Part shown: piece after piece, positions 1-9,410 of the stretch
Layout: each line of letters begins with the position of its first letter
Numbering within the stretch: the stretch's first letter is position 1
Assembly (NCBI GenBank): GCA_963664225.1
Contig: OY760937.1
Coordinates: 2,208,001-2,272,000 of the forward strand
DNA from: Verrucomicrobiia bacterium
Lineage (GTDB): Bacteria; Verrucomicrobiota; Verrucomicrobiia; Limisphaerales; UBA1319
Length of the DNA stretch: 64,000 nucleotides
Direction: 5' to 3'
Program-made: the position numbers and the translations under genes
Notes under the pieces: generated by a model
Databases searched by the model: none
The model's input: only the letters and a program-made list of their open reading frames with translations
Told to the model about the DNA's origin: nothing

Positions 1-630
1 GCGTGCCTGACATGGAAATGAACGTGCGCAAAAAGCTCCGTAGGAGCGCCATGTTTATAGAAACCGGACCGGTAAGAGTCCCAAGCTCCGTAGGAGCGGC
101 ATGTTAGCGACAACCAACCCATCGCGACGGATGGTTAACGCGTGTGTAGAGAACATGCCGCCCCGCTGGGGCTTGGAAATGTGATTGGAGCCGCCATGCT
201 ATAGACGTGCCGCGCCTCCGGCGCTTCGGAATGGGACTTTGAGATGATCGCACGCGGGACTTGGAGATGGAAGCGTGCCTGACATGGAAATGAACGTGCG
301 CAAAAAGCTCCGTAGGAGCGGCATGTTAGCGACAACCAACCCATCGCGACGGATGGTTAACGCGTGTGTAGAGAACATGCCGATCCGCTGGGGTTTGGAA
401 ATGTGATTGGAGCCGCCATGCTATAGACGTGCCGCGCCTCCGGCGCTTCGGAATGGGACTTTGAGATGATCGCACGCGGGACTTTGAGATGGAAGCGTGC
501 CTGACATGGAAATGAACGCGCGCAAAAAGCTCCGTAGGAGCGCCATGTTTATAGAAACCGGATCGCAATAAGTTACAAGCTCAGTAGGAGCGGCATGATA
601 ACGCCGACCAACCCATCGTGGCGGATGATT
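1..630. repeat. Tandem REP/REPIN-like repeat, units starting at 1, 273 and 495 (continues beyond window start)
   Basis: GCGTGCCTGACATGGAAATGAACG recurs at 1, 273 and 495. Palindromes AAGCTCCGTAGGAGC at 33 and 83 have inverted partners at 152-174 and 199-226. Confidence 0.9.
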
Positions 631-666
631 AAGGCGCGATCCTTTCCATTCCACACAAACCGTTCC

Positions 667-924
667 TCAATGGAAATAGCGTCGAAACACATACGACGCA
701 AAAGACCACAATCCTGAGAACTTAAATCCAGGATCGACGTAATGTTCGATCACGTAGAATGCGAAGTAGTAGGCGCGGCAAAACGCCCAGACCGTCAATA
801 CCAGCAGCAGCGCGACCTTGAGTGTCGGGGCCTCCGCGAACAGCAATAGCGCCGCAGCCATCCCCAGCGCCAGAAACAGCGCGCCCTTAAAACAGATGAC
901 CGTGTGGCTTTTTAGGTCCTTCAT
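667..924 (-). CDS. Small hypothetical membrane protein
   Basis: 85 aa with two hydrophobic segments followed by RAYYFAFYVIEHYVDP. Confidence 0.7.
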   Translation of the reverse strand: MKDLKSHTVICFKGALFLALGMAAALLLFAEAPTLKVALLLVLTVWAFCRAYYFAFYVIEHYVDPGFKFSGLWSFASYVFRRYFH

Positions 925-1051
925 TCAATTCTCGTATGGCAGCTCATGGTCGTTCAGCACTTGCTTGCCGCATCCAGCAGCAGCCTGTATTGCCTTGCGG
1001 CTGAGTGCTTCAAGGTCGTGCTCCTTAAATGGGTCCAAGATAACCAACAAA

Positions 1052-1363
1052 TTATTGCAGGATTTTTTCATATTCTTGGATGGAATCGCCTTCCATCGCA
1101 GCAAATCCAGCTAATTTGTATCCGCAAACCTTTTCAACAAACAAAAAAGCAGGAACCCAAATTATCTCGGTGTGCCATAAAAATGAGTTATAGTGAAACT
1201 CGACAAAACAAACCTGCTTTCCCTTCCACATCTCGATTTTCGTTGGACTGCTAAACCACCAATATGAAAATGTGCCGATGTAAATGCCAAGGACGAGAAT
1301 CGAACAAAAGACCGCAAGAATATTTCGTCGTCGAAACAGACGTTTAATGTTCAAAACATGCAT
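1052..1363 (-). CDS. Hypothetical membrane-anchored protein
   Basis: 103 aa, basic N-terminus then a hydrophobic helix; AT-richer than flanks. Confidence 0.55.
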   Translation of the reverse strand: MHVLNIKRLFRRRNILAVFCSILVLGIYIGTFSYWWFSSPTKIEMWKGKQVCFVEFHYNSFLWHTEIIWVPAFLFVEKVCGYKLAGFAAMEGDSIQEYEKILQ

Positions 1364-1794
1364 GGCAATGTTGGCGCGCTAAAGCGTTCTTTATAACCAC
1401 TGTTGGGGTGTTCGCCAATAATTCCATCTTTTCTCGTCTAACTCAACCACCGGAAACGAACCGGGATTCCATTGGTTGCTTCAAGGACAATAATCCAGAA
1501 TTGACTTCGCAAGCGAGAGAATTGTTATGGGCGCAACTCGGCATGAAACTGCGTGCGATTATTGCATCTGAAGTCAAAAAAACGCCCGGCAAAGGTGCAG
1601 GCCCCCAGTGTCGCGCGACGTCATCGAGGTTTACGTATTGGCCCATTTGTGCGCCACCGTTATCAAGCCGCGTGCCCTCACCCGGCGTTGTGGTTTTGAA
1701 TTGTAGGCCGGGTGCCCTCACCCGGCGTCCGGGGGGAAATGACCAACGCGCACAAGCTGCTTCGCGCGCGCCGCAATCCTTCATCGTGACAAAG

Positions 1795-1820
1795 AAAAAG
1801 CCCGTTTCAAAACGGGCTTT
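1795..1820 (-). terminator. Rho-independent terminator after lpdA
   Basis: AAAGCCCGTT..AACGGGCTTT hairpin with an A-run on the left, i.e. a U-tract on the minus strand. Confidence 0.7.
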
Positions 1821-1876
1821 GCATTTGTACACGTCTGAATGGCCGGCGTTCATACGGCGGCCAAAATCGCCACGAC

Positions 1877-3310
1877 CTACGTTGCCGCGACGTCCCGTTT
1901 TTTGTGACGGGGCAGGGTGTGCGTGGCGGTGTCGTAGAACACTTCCGCGCATTCCATCAAGGTTTCCGATAGCGTCGGATGCGGATGGATGCACTCTGCC
2001 AGGTCCTTGGCCGTGGCGCCCATTTCGATGGCGAACACGCCCTCGCTGATGAGTTCGCCCGCGCCGTGACCGCAGATGCCCACGCCCAGAATGCGTTCCG
2101 TCTCGCGGTCCACGAGAATCTTGGTCAGGCCGTCGGTGCGGTCGAAGCTCAAGGCCCGGCCTGAGGCGGACCACGGAAACTTGACGACTTCGACATTCAG
2201 TCCGCGCTCCTTTGCCTCCGCCTCGGTGAGTCCCGCCCAGGCCACTTCGGGATCGGTGAAAACAACGGCGGGCATGACCATGTCCTCGGTCGTGCTGTGC
2301 TCGCCCGCGATGACTTCCACCGCGATGCGCGCCTCTTTGGCCGCCTTGTGCGCCAGCAGAATTCCACCGGCAATGTCGCCCACGGCGTAGATGTGCGGCT
2401 CGGCGGTCTGCCCCTGATGATTGACTTTGATGTAGCCCCGCTCATCGCGTTCGACAGCCGTGTTCTCCAGTCCCAGATCCTCGCCATTGGGCGTGCGGCC
2501 CACACACACGAGCACGCGGTCGTAGAGCTCCTCTTTTTTCTCGCCCTCGGTTTCCGAGACGACTTTGATTTTCTTGCCGGCGGTGGCCATGCTCAGCACG
2601 CGGGTTTTCACGCGCATTTCGCGGAAGGCCTTCTGGGCGTAGCGGAGCACGGGCGCGGTCAGGTCGGGATCGGCCCCGGTGAGGATCGAATCCATCGCTT
2701 CCATCACGACGACCTTGCTGCCAAAGGTGGCATAAACGGTTCCCAGTTCCAGGCCGATGTAGCCGCCGCCCACGATGAGGAGGTCTCCGGGAATTTCCTC
2801 GATTTCGAGCGCTTCCGTTGCGGTCATGATACGGGGATTGCCCAGGTCGAAGGCCTTGGGCATCGCGGCTTTGGATCCCACAGCGATGATGGCGTGTTCG
2901 AATTGCACGTATTTCTGGCCCGCCTCGGTTTCCACGCGCAGCGTGTGCGCGTCCTCGAAATAGCCGCGACCATGCATCACATCGCAACCCCGGCGTTTGG
3001 CCAGGCCAACGATGCCCTGGGCCAGTTTGTTGAGGATGGATTCCTTCCATTCCCGCATTTTCACCAGGTCCAGGCGGGGCGGATCGAACGTGATGCCGCG
3101 GAAGCTCGACTCCTGCGCTTCCTTCACGAGTTTGGCCGCGTGCAGATAGGCCTTCGAGGGAATGCAGCCGCGGTTGAGGCACACGCCGCCGAGGCGTTTT
3201 TCCTGCTCGACCATGATGACTTTTTTCCCGAGGTCCGCCGCGTAGAACGCGCCCGCGTAGCCGCCGGGTCCCGCGCCAATAACAACAATGTCCGTCTTGA
3301 TGGTTTCCAT
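1877..3310 (-). CDS. lpdA: Dihydrolipoyl dehydrogenase (E3)
   Basis: GAGPGGY FAD motif, GGVCLNRGCIPSK redox disulfide, HPHPTLSE. Confidence 0.97.
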   Translation of the reverse strand: METIKTDIVVIGAGPGGYAGAFYAADLGKKVIMVEQEKRLGGVCLNRGCIPSKAYLHAAKLVKEAQESSFRGITFDPPRLDLVKMREWKESILNKLAQGIVGLAKRRGCDVMHGRGYFEDAHTLRVETEAGQKYVQFEHAIIAVGSKAAMPKAFDLGNPRIMTATEALEIEEIPGDLLIVGGGYIGLELGTVYATFGSKVVVMEAMDSILTGADPDLTAPVLRYAQKAFREMRVKTRVLSMATAGKKIKVVSETEGEKKEELYDRVLVCVGRTPNGEDLGLENTAVERDERGYIKVNHQGQTAEPHIYAVGDIAGGILLAHKAAKEARIAVEVIAGEHSTTEDMVMPAVVFTDPEVAWAGLTEAEAKERGLNVEVVKFPWSASGRALSFDRTDGLTKILVDRETERILGVGICGHGAGELISEGVFAIEMGATAKDLAECIHPHPTLSETLMECAEVFYDTATHTLPRHKKRDVAAT

Positions 3311-3354
3311 GGATGATTAAATTGATTCGATGATTATTTTCCGGGCTGCGTTTT

Positions 3355-4710
3355 TCAAGACAACTTGACCTGCGCCTCGTCGAATTTCTCGAGAGCCTGC
3401 ACCATTTGCGTGATGAACCGCGCGGCGTTCCCGCCGTCGATCAACCGGTGGTCGTAGGAGACGCACACGGGCATCAACATGCGCGCTTCGATCTTGCCCT
3501 CGCGCACCACCGGCTTGAGCACGCTGCGGCCGAGGCCGAGAATCGCCACCTCCGGTCGATTGATGATCGGCGTGAAATGCGCCCCGCCAATGCCGCCCTG
3601 GTTGGAAATGGTGAAGGAGCCCCCCTTGAGATCGTCCCCGGAAATTTTGCGCGAGCGGGTCTTTTCGGCCAGTTCCTGCAATTCGCGGGAGAGTTCCAGC
3701 AGGCTCTTTTTATCGACATCGCGAATGACCGGCACGATGAGTCCCGCCTCCGTATCGACCGCCATCCCGATGTGGTAATAGTTCTTGAAAACGATCTCGT
3801 TGGTGGCCTCGTCGAGGCTGGCGTTGAACGCGGGGGATTGTTTCAGAGCGGCGACCACGGCCTTGAGCGTGAACGGCGTCAGCGTCAGGCGCGCGCCTTT
3901 GGCCTCGTAGGCGGCGGCGTATTTCTTGCGCAACTCGTTCAAACCCGTGATATCCGCGTCATCGAATTGCGTGACATGCGGAATGGCCGTCCAGGATTCG
4001 TGCATGCGCCGCGCAATGGTCTTGCGCAGCGAGGTCATCGGCGTGCGCGTGATCGGGCCGAATTGGGCAAAATCGATGGAGGGCGCAGACGTCGGTGTCG
4101 GCACCGATGGCGCAGGCGCAACCACTGGCGCAGCCACCGCAGCGGGGGCCGCAGGCGCAAAGGCCATCTGCTGGAGGCGTTCGATGTAGGCCTTCACGTC
4201 GTCCATGACAATGCGGCCGCCGCGTTCGCTGCCGCGAATGCGCGCCAGGTCGATGCCCAATTCCCGGGCCAGCTTTCGGATGACCGGTGAGGCGGCCGGT
4301 TTGGCGGCGTCCTCGTCGGGGCTTTCGAGTATGGGGCTTGGGCCTGATGTGGCTGTGGGTGCGGGCGCCATAAAAGGCATCACATCCGGCACCGGCACCG
4401 GCGAGCGTTTGGCGGTCGGACGCGCCGCTGGAGCTTGCGCCGCGGCCGGAGCCGGGGCTGCGGCCTGCACAGCCGATCCGGCTGCGCCTACCGCCAGGAT
4501 GCGCTGGCCCACGGAAATCTTTTGACCTTCCTTGATGAAGATCTGCGTGACCACGCCAGCCTCGGTTGCGGGAATCGGCGCAATGGCCTTTTCGTTTTCC
4601 AGCTCGATGATGTTCTGGTCCTTTTTAATGGTGTCGCCCACCTTGACCAGAACGCTGACGATCGTGCCGCTCTCGGCGCCTTCGCCCAATTTCGGAAGCT
4701 TAATATCCAT
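3355..4710 (-). CDS. aceF: Pyruvate dehydrogenase E2, single lipoyl domain
   Basis: Lipoyl domain (ELENEKA), Ala/Pro linkers, E3-binding ASPVIRKLARELGIDL, catalytic SYDHRLIDG. Confidence 0.93.
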   Translation of the reverse strand: MDIKLPKLGEGAESGTIVSVLVKVGDTIKKDQNIIELENEKAIAPIPATEAGVVTQIFIKEGQKISVGQRILAVGAAGSAVQAAAPAPAAAQAPAARPTAKRSPVPVPDVMPFMAPAPTATSGPSPILESPDEDAAKPAASPVIRKLARELGIDLARIRGSERGGRIVMDDVKAYIERLQQMAFAPAAPAAVAAPVVAPAPSVPTPTSAPSIDFAQFGPITRTPMTSLRKTIARRMHESWTAIPHVTQFDDADITGLNELRKKYAAAYEAKGARLTLTPFTLKAVVAALKQSPAFNASLDEATNEIVFKNYYHIGMAVDTEAGLIVPVIRDVDKKSLLELSRELQELAEKTRSRKISGDDLKGGSFTISNQGGIGGAHFTPIINRPEVAILGLGRSVLKPVVREGKIEARMLMPVCVSYDHRLIDGGNAARFITQMVQALEKFDEAQVKLS

Positions 4711-4792
4711 AAATCACAATAATTATAGTCCGGTTACATCGCTAAACACAAATCTCCCCTGTCGGGATAATCGGAACCCTGAATCGCCTGGC

Positions 4793-7513
4793 TCATTGCG
4801 CCAGCGCCGGGAAAACCTTCTCTGGATTCACGCCCAGATCCTGGATGGCCTGGGAGACAATCTTGGAATCGACCAACCCCTTGCCCGCGAGGGTATGGAG
4901 CGTGGCGATCACCGTCATTTCCGCATCCACCTCGAAGAATCGGCGCAATGCGGGCCGGGTATCGCTGCGGCCATAGCCGTCGGTGCCAAGCGTGGTCAGT
5001 CCTCCGGGAACCCACGGCGCGATCTGGTCGGGAACGCTTTTGACGTTGTCGGACAGCGCCACGAAGACGCCCTTTTCGCGCTCAAGCAGGTTGGAGAGAT
5101 ACGGTTTGCGCTGCTTTTCACCCGGATGCAGCATGTTCCACCGCTGGGCCAGCAGGGCGTCGTTGCGCAGTAATTTATAGCTGGTGGCGCTCCAGACATC
5201 CGCGCTCACGCCGTAGCGCTCCGCCAGGATTTCCTGCGCGCGCAGGGCTTCGCGGAGGATCGGGCCGCTCCCCAGCAGATGGGCCTTGATCTTCTTTTTG
5301 TCGTCGCCGGCCTTGAATTTATAGAGGCCCTTGAGGATGCCCTCCTCGGCGCCCTTGGGCATCGGCGGCATCAGGTAGTTTTCGTTGTAGAGGCTCAGGT
5401 AGTAGAAGATTTCCTCGCCTTCCTGATACATCCGGCGCATGCCGTCGCACACAATGACCGCCACTTCGTAGGCGAAGGCGGGGTCATAGGTCAGCAGTGT
5501 GGGCAGCGCGCTGGCCATGAGCTGGCTGTGGCCGTCCTGGTGCTGCAATCCCTCGCCGTTGAGCGATGTGCGGCCCGCCGTGGCCCCCAGCAGAAAGCCC
5601 TTGGCCTTGATATCGCCTGCCAGCCAGATCTGGTCCCCAATGCGCTGGAAGCCGAACATGGAATAGTAAATATAGAACGGGATCATGTTGATCCCATGGC
5701 TCGCATAGGCCGTTCCCGCCGCGATGAAGGACGACATCGCGCCCGCCTCGGTGATGCCTTCCTCGAGGATCTGGCCGTCCTTGGCTTCCTTGTAAAAGAG
5801 CAGCGATTTCTGGTCCACCGGCTCGTATAACTGTCCAAACGGCGCGTAAATCCCGATCTCGCGGAACAACGCGTCCATGCCGAAGGTTCGCGCTTCGTCG
5901 GGAATGATCGGCACGACGTGCGGCCCTATTTTTTCATGCCGCAGCAGGTTGGTCAGCACCTTCACAAACGCCATCGTGGTGGAGACCTCGAACTTCCCCG
6001 AGCCTTTCAGAAACTCCGCGAATTCCTCCAGCGTGGGCGTCGTGATCGGCGCGGCCTTGACCTGCCGGTTGGGCACGCTTCCACCCAGGGCCTTGCGGCG
6101 TTCCGCCATGTATTGGGCCTCGGGACTGTCCTGGGGCGGACGGTAGAACGGAGTCTCGGCGATGTCGTCGTCGGAAATGGGCACCTGGAACCGGGAGCGA
6201 AACTCGCGCAGCTCCTTTTCGTTTAATTTCTTCTGCTGGTGCGTGATGTTGCGGCCTTCGCCCGCCTCACCCAATCCATAGCCCTTGATCGTCTTGGCCA
6301 GAATGACGGTCGGCGCGCCTTTGTGGCGCATCGCCGCGTCATACGCCGCAAAAACCTTCTCGGGATCGTGACCGCCCCGGCCCATCTTGCGCAGTTGCTC
6401 GTCGGTGAGATGATTGACCATCTCGAACAGCTCCGGGTATCGCCCGAAGAAATGCCGCCGGATGTAGCTGCCATGCTCCGCGGTGTATTTCTGATACTCA
6501 CCGTCCACAGCCTCTTCCATGCGCTTGACGAGCAGTCCCTTGTCGTCGGCCTTGAGCAGCGGATCCCAGTCCGAGCCCCAGATGACCTTGATGACATTCC
6601 AGCCCGCGCCGCGAAAGGCGGACTCGAGTTCCTGAATGATCTTGCCGTTGCCGCGCACGGGTCCGTCGAGTCGTTGCAGATTGCAATTCACCACCCACAC
6701 GAGGTTGTCGAGTTTCTCGCGCGAGGCCAGCGTCAGCGCCCCGAGCGTTTCGGGTTCGTCGGATTCGCCGTCACCCACAAAGCACCACACCTTCGGTTCC
6801 TCGGCCTTGATGAATCCGCGCGCCTTGAGGTAGCGGTTAAACCGCGCCTGGTAAATCGACATGATCGGCCCCAGTCCCATAGACACCGTGGGGAATTGCC
6901 AGAAACCGGGCATCAGGTAGGGATGCGGATAGGACGAAAGCCCGCCGCCCTCGGCCAGTTCCTGCCGGAAATGATGCAGGTGATTTTCGTCGAGACGGCC
7001 TTCCAGATAAGCGCGCGCGTAAATGCCGGGCGAGGCGTGACCCTGGAAATAAATCATGTCCGCCGCGCGCCCGGAGGCGTCGGCGCCCCGGAAGAAATGG
7101 TCGTAACCCACCTCGTAAAGCGTCGCGCTGGAGGCGTACGAGGAAATGTGCCCGCCCAGACCGCTGTGATCGCGGTTGGCGTTGACCACCATGGCCATCG
7201 CGTTCCAGCGGATGAAACTCTTGATCCGTCGCTCGATTTCGCGGTTGCCCGGATAAGGGGGTTGTTTTTCGCGCGGGATCGTGTTTGTGTAGGGCGTGCT
7301 CACGGTCAGCGGCACTTTCATCCCCTCGGCGCGCAGCCCGTCGATGAGCTGGTTTAAGAATAGATAGGAGCGCTCGGGAGATTGCTGCTTGAGCAGTCCC
7401 GCGACAAAGGTACGTAAGGACTCAAACCATTGATCCTGTTCGGCCTGGCGGGCTTGCGCTCCGGCCAGAAATGGATTTCCCTGTCCTGCGGCATTATTTG
7501 ACATGTTATTCAA
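4793..7513 (-). CDS. aceE: Pyruvate dehydrogenase E1, homodimeric type
   Basis: YFQGHASPGIYARA, TPP motif GDGESDEPE, NGEGLQHQDGH. Confidence 0.97.
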   Translation of the reverse strand: MNNMSNNAAGQGNPFLAGAQARQAEQDQWFESLRTFVAGLLKQQSPERSYLFLNQLIDGLRAEGMKVPLTVSTPYTNTIPREKQPPYPGNREIERRIKSFIRWNAMAMVVNANRDHSGLGGHISSYASSATLYEVGYDHFFRGADASGRAADMIYFQGHASPGIYARAYLEGRLDENHLHHFRQELAEGGGLSSYPHPYLMPGFWQFPTVSMGLGPIMSIYQARFNRYLKARGFIKAEEPKVWCFVGDGESDEPETLGALTLASREKLDNLVWVVNCNLQRLDGPVRGNGKIIQELESAFRGAGWNVIKVIWGSDWDPLLKADDKGLLVKRMEEAVDGEYQKYTAEHGSYIRRHFFGRYPELFEMVNHLTDEQLRKMGRGGHDPEKVFAAYDAAMRHKGAPTVILAKTIKGYGLGEAGEGRNITHQQKKLNEKELREFRSRFQVPISDDDIAETPFYRPPQDSPEAQYMAERRKALGGSVPNRQVKAAPITTPTLEEFAEFLKGSGKFEVSTTMAFVKVLTNLLRHEKIGPHVVPIIPDEARTFGMDALFREIGIYAPFGQLYEPVDQKSLLFYKEAKDGQILEEGITEAGAMSSFIAAGTAYASHGINMIPFYIYYSMFGFQRIGDQIWLAGDIKAKGFLLGATAGRTSLNGEGLQHQDGHSQLMASALPTLLTYDPAFAYEVAVIVCDGMRRMYQEGEEIFYYLSLYNENYLMPPMPKGAEEGILKGLYKFKAGDDKKKIKAHLLGSGPILREALRAQEILAERYGVSADVWSATSYKLLRNDALLAQRWNMLHPGEKQRKPYLSNLLEREKGVFVALSDNVKSVPDQIAPWVPGGLTTLGTDGYGRSDTRPALRRFFEVDAEMTVIATLHTLAGKGLVDSKIVSQAIQDLGVNPEKVFPALAQ

Positions 7514-7588
7514 TAATTCGACCGACGTAATCCGCTCTTAATTGAACGGATGAAACTGATTCTGTAATTATATTGATTTTTTGGAGAA

Positions 7589-8305
7589 ATGCAACACCTA
7601 GACCTCACATGGTCCGACGCGGCAATGAACCTGGCCTGCGACCACGCCTTGCTGGACGCCTGTGAGGCGGGCCGCCTGGGCGGGATGCTAAGATTCTGGT
7701 CCCCCACGAATTATTTTATCGTTGTCGGCTATGGGAACCAGATCGGCACCGAGGTGAATCTGGCGGCATGCGCGGCGCGGGGCATTCCGGTGCTGCGGCG
7801 CTGCAGCGGCGGCGGCACGGTGCTCCAGGGTCCCGGCTGCCTCAATTACGCCCTGATCGCCCCAGCGGAAGGTCCCCTCTCAACGATAACCGGGGCCAAT
7901 CGCCACATCATGGAAACCCACCAGCGCCTCTTCACCGGACTGCTCGGCCAGCCCGTTCACACGCTGGGAATCACCGATCTCGCGGTCGGCGGTCGCAAGT
8001 TTTCTGGAAACGCCCAGCGCCGCAAGCGCAACTGGCTGCTCTTCCACGGCACGTTTCTGTTGGACATGGATATTCCGCTCATCGAAACGCTCTTGCGCCG
8101 ACCCTCCCTGGAACCCGATTATCGCGAAGGCCGCTCCCACGAAGCCTTTCTCATGAACACAGGTTTAAGCGCCGACCGCATCAAAGAATCCCTGTGCCAG
8201 ACATGGGGAGCCTCTGAGCCCCTGGCCCTGACTCTCGAGCCCGAGACCCGCCAATTGGTTGCCGAGAAATACTCCCGCCCCGAGTGGAACCATAAACTTC
8301 TTTAA
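7589..8305 (+). CDS. lplA: Lipoate-protein ligase family (BPL/LplA/LipB catalytic domain only)
   Basis: RRCSGGGTV, KFSGNAQ and HGTFL motifs; divergent from the PDH operon. Confidence 0.85.
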   Translation: MQHLDLTWSDAAMNLACDHALLDACEAGRLGGMLRFWSPTNYFIVVGYGNQIGTEVNLAACAARGIPVLRRCSGGGTVLQGPGCLNYALIAPAEGPLSTITGANRHIMETHQRLFTGLLGQPVHTLGITDLAVGGRKFSGNAQRRKRNWLLFHGTFLLDMDIPLIETLLRRPSLEPDYREGRSHEAFLMNTGLSADRIKESLCQTWGASEPLALTLEPETRQLVAEKYSRPEWNHKLL

Positions 8306-8498
8306 AACATCCGGTTGGCAGGGCCAGCGTCCCGGTAGGGCGAGGCTCCTGCCGAGCCGCTTTCGCCGTCCCCTGCGGACTGACAGGACGGTGATAACCC
8401 TGGTTCCATGGTCGAATTATTGACGATGTTTTACATTATATGACTTATCTTACCTTTTCAATTTGACGGACTTATTATGACATATCAGATTAACCCAT

Positions 8499-8765
8499 AT
8501 GAGCGCGACATTGAAAACCGACGCCGTTTGGTTCACCACCAAAGGCCAGATCGTTATCCCTGCCTGGTTGCGAAAACAGTTCCACATTGAGGACGGTACC
8601 AAGGCTGTCGTCGAAGCCACGCCCGACGGGATTTTGCTCAAGCCCGTCACAAGCTGGGCGATTGAACGGGGCTATGGCTTGCTAAAACGCAAGGCGGGCG
8701 GGAAAACCTTCGCCGAGGAATGGGCGGAACACAAACGCGAGGAGCGGGAACTGGAGGAGAAATAA
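8499..8765 (+). CDS. AbrB/MazE/SpoVT-family antitoxin
   Basis: TTKGQIVIPAWLRKQFHI swapped-hairpin signature; 1 nt upstream of a PIN gene. Confidence 0.9.
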   Translation: MSATLKTDAVWFTTKGQIVIPAWLRKQFHIEDGTKAVVEATPDGILLKPVTSWAIERGYGLLKRKAGGKTFAEEWAEHKREERELEEK

Positions 8766-8766
8766 G

Positions 8767-9168
8767 ATGACGGCCGCTGTTCTGGATTCCCACGCGCTAT
8801 TGGCCTTCTTCCGAGGCGAAGAAGCTGGAGTCCTGGTGAAGGACCTGCTTTACAAAGCCGCCAGCGCCGACCGACCGCTGCACATGACCGAGGTGAATTA
8901 TGCCGAAGTTAAATACATGCTGGTCAGGAAAGATGGCGTGCAGGCTTGGAAACAAGCCGCCGACATCCTGACCAGCTTGCCCATTGAATTTCATCCAGCC
9001 GACCGTCAACTCGCAGACCTGGCTGCCGACTTCAAATCCCGCCACAAAATCAGTCTGGCCGACGCCTTTGCCGCCGCGCTCGCCAGGGAGCGAAAAGCCG
9101 AAATGGTCACAGGCGATCCCGAATTTAAGTCACTTGAAAAAGAAATCAAAATCAACTGGCTGAAATAA
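8767..9168 (+). CDS. vapC: PIN-domain VapC toxin
   Basis: VLDSHAL, EVNYAE, SLADAFAAALA and VTGDPEF acidic PIN residues. Confidence 0.9.
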   Translation: MTAAVLDSHALLAFFRGEEAGVLVKDLLYKAASADRPLHMTEVNYAEVKYMLVRKDGVQAWKQAADILTSLPIEFHPADRQLADLAADFKSRHKISLADAFAAALARERKAEMVTGDPEFKSLEKEIKINWLK

Positions 9169-9227
9169 CGAAAACAGGGAGATGAATTGGGCTGGCTATA
9201 CCGCATAAAGGCGCCGGAATAAAGATT

Positions 9228-9281
9228 CAATTGGTGGTGGAAAAATACACTCGCCCCGAGTGGAACCATAAATTGGTCTGA
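9228..9281 (+). repeat. Diverged duplicate of the last 54 nt of lplA (8252-8305)
   Basis: 43/54 nt identical by hand alignment, 21-nt identical core CGCCCCGAGTGGAACCATAAA; encodes QLVVEKYTRPEWNHKLV* versus QLVAEKYSRPEWNHKLL*. Confidence 0.85.
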
Positions 9282-9410
9282 CGCGCCCCGGAAAGGTATG
9301 GCATCCGGATCGCCGGTCTCCAGACCGGCTTTGTGTGTCCGCGTTCTCCCAACGCGCCGCTTTACCTTTTCGCCGTCTCTTCCACCTTGACCACTTTGCC
9401 TATGCCGCCT

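Noticed and set aside
135..654. Three short minus-strand ORFs
   Set aside because: They lie wholly within the REP-like tandem repeat.
950..1015. Imperfect hairpin AGCACT..GCCGCA / TGCGGC..AGTGCT between two small ORFs as an attC
   Set aside because: No RYYYAAC/GTTRRRY ends and no similarity to the 17-19 kb family.
1408..2174. ORFs 1408-2049 (+) and 1443-2174 (-)
   Set aside because: They overlap lpdA, its terminator and a short GTGCCCTCACCCGGCGT repeat; no recognisable motif.
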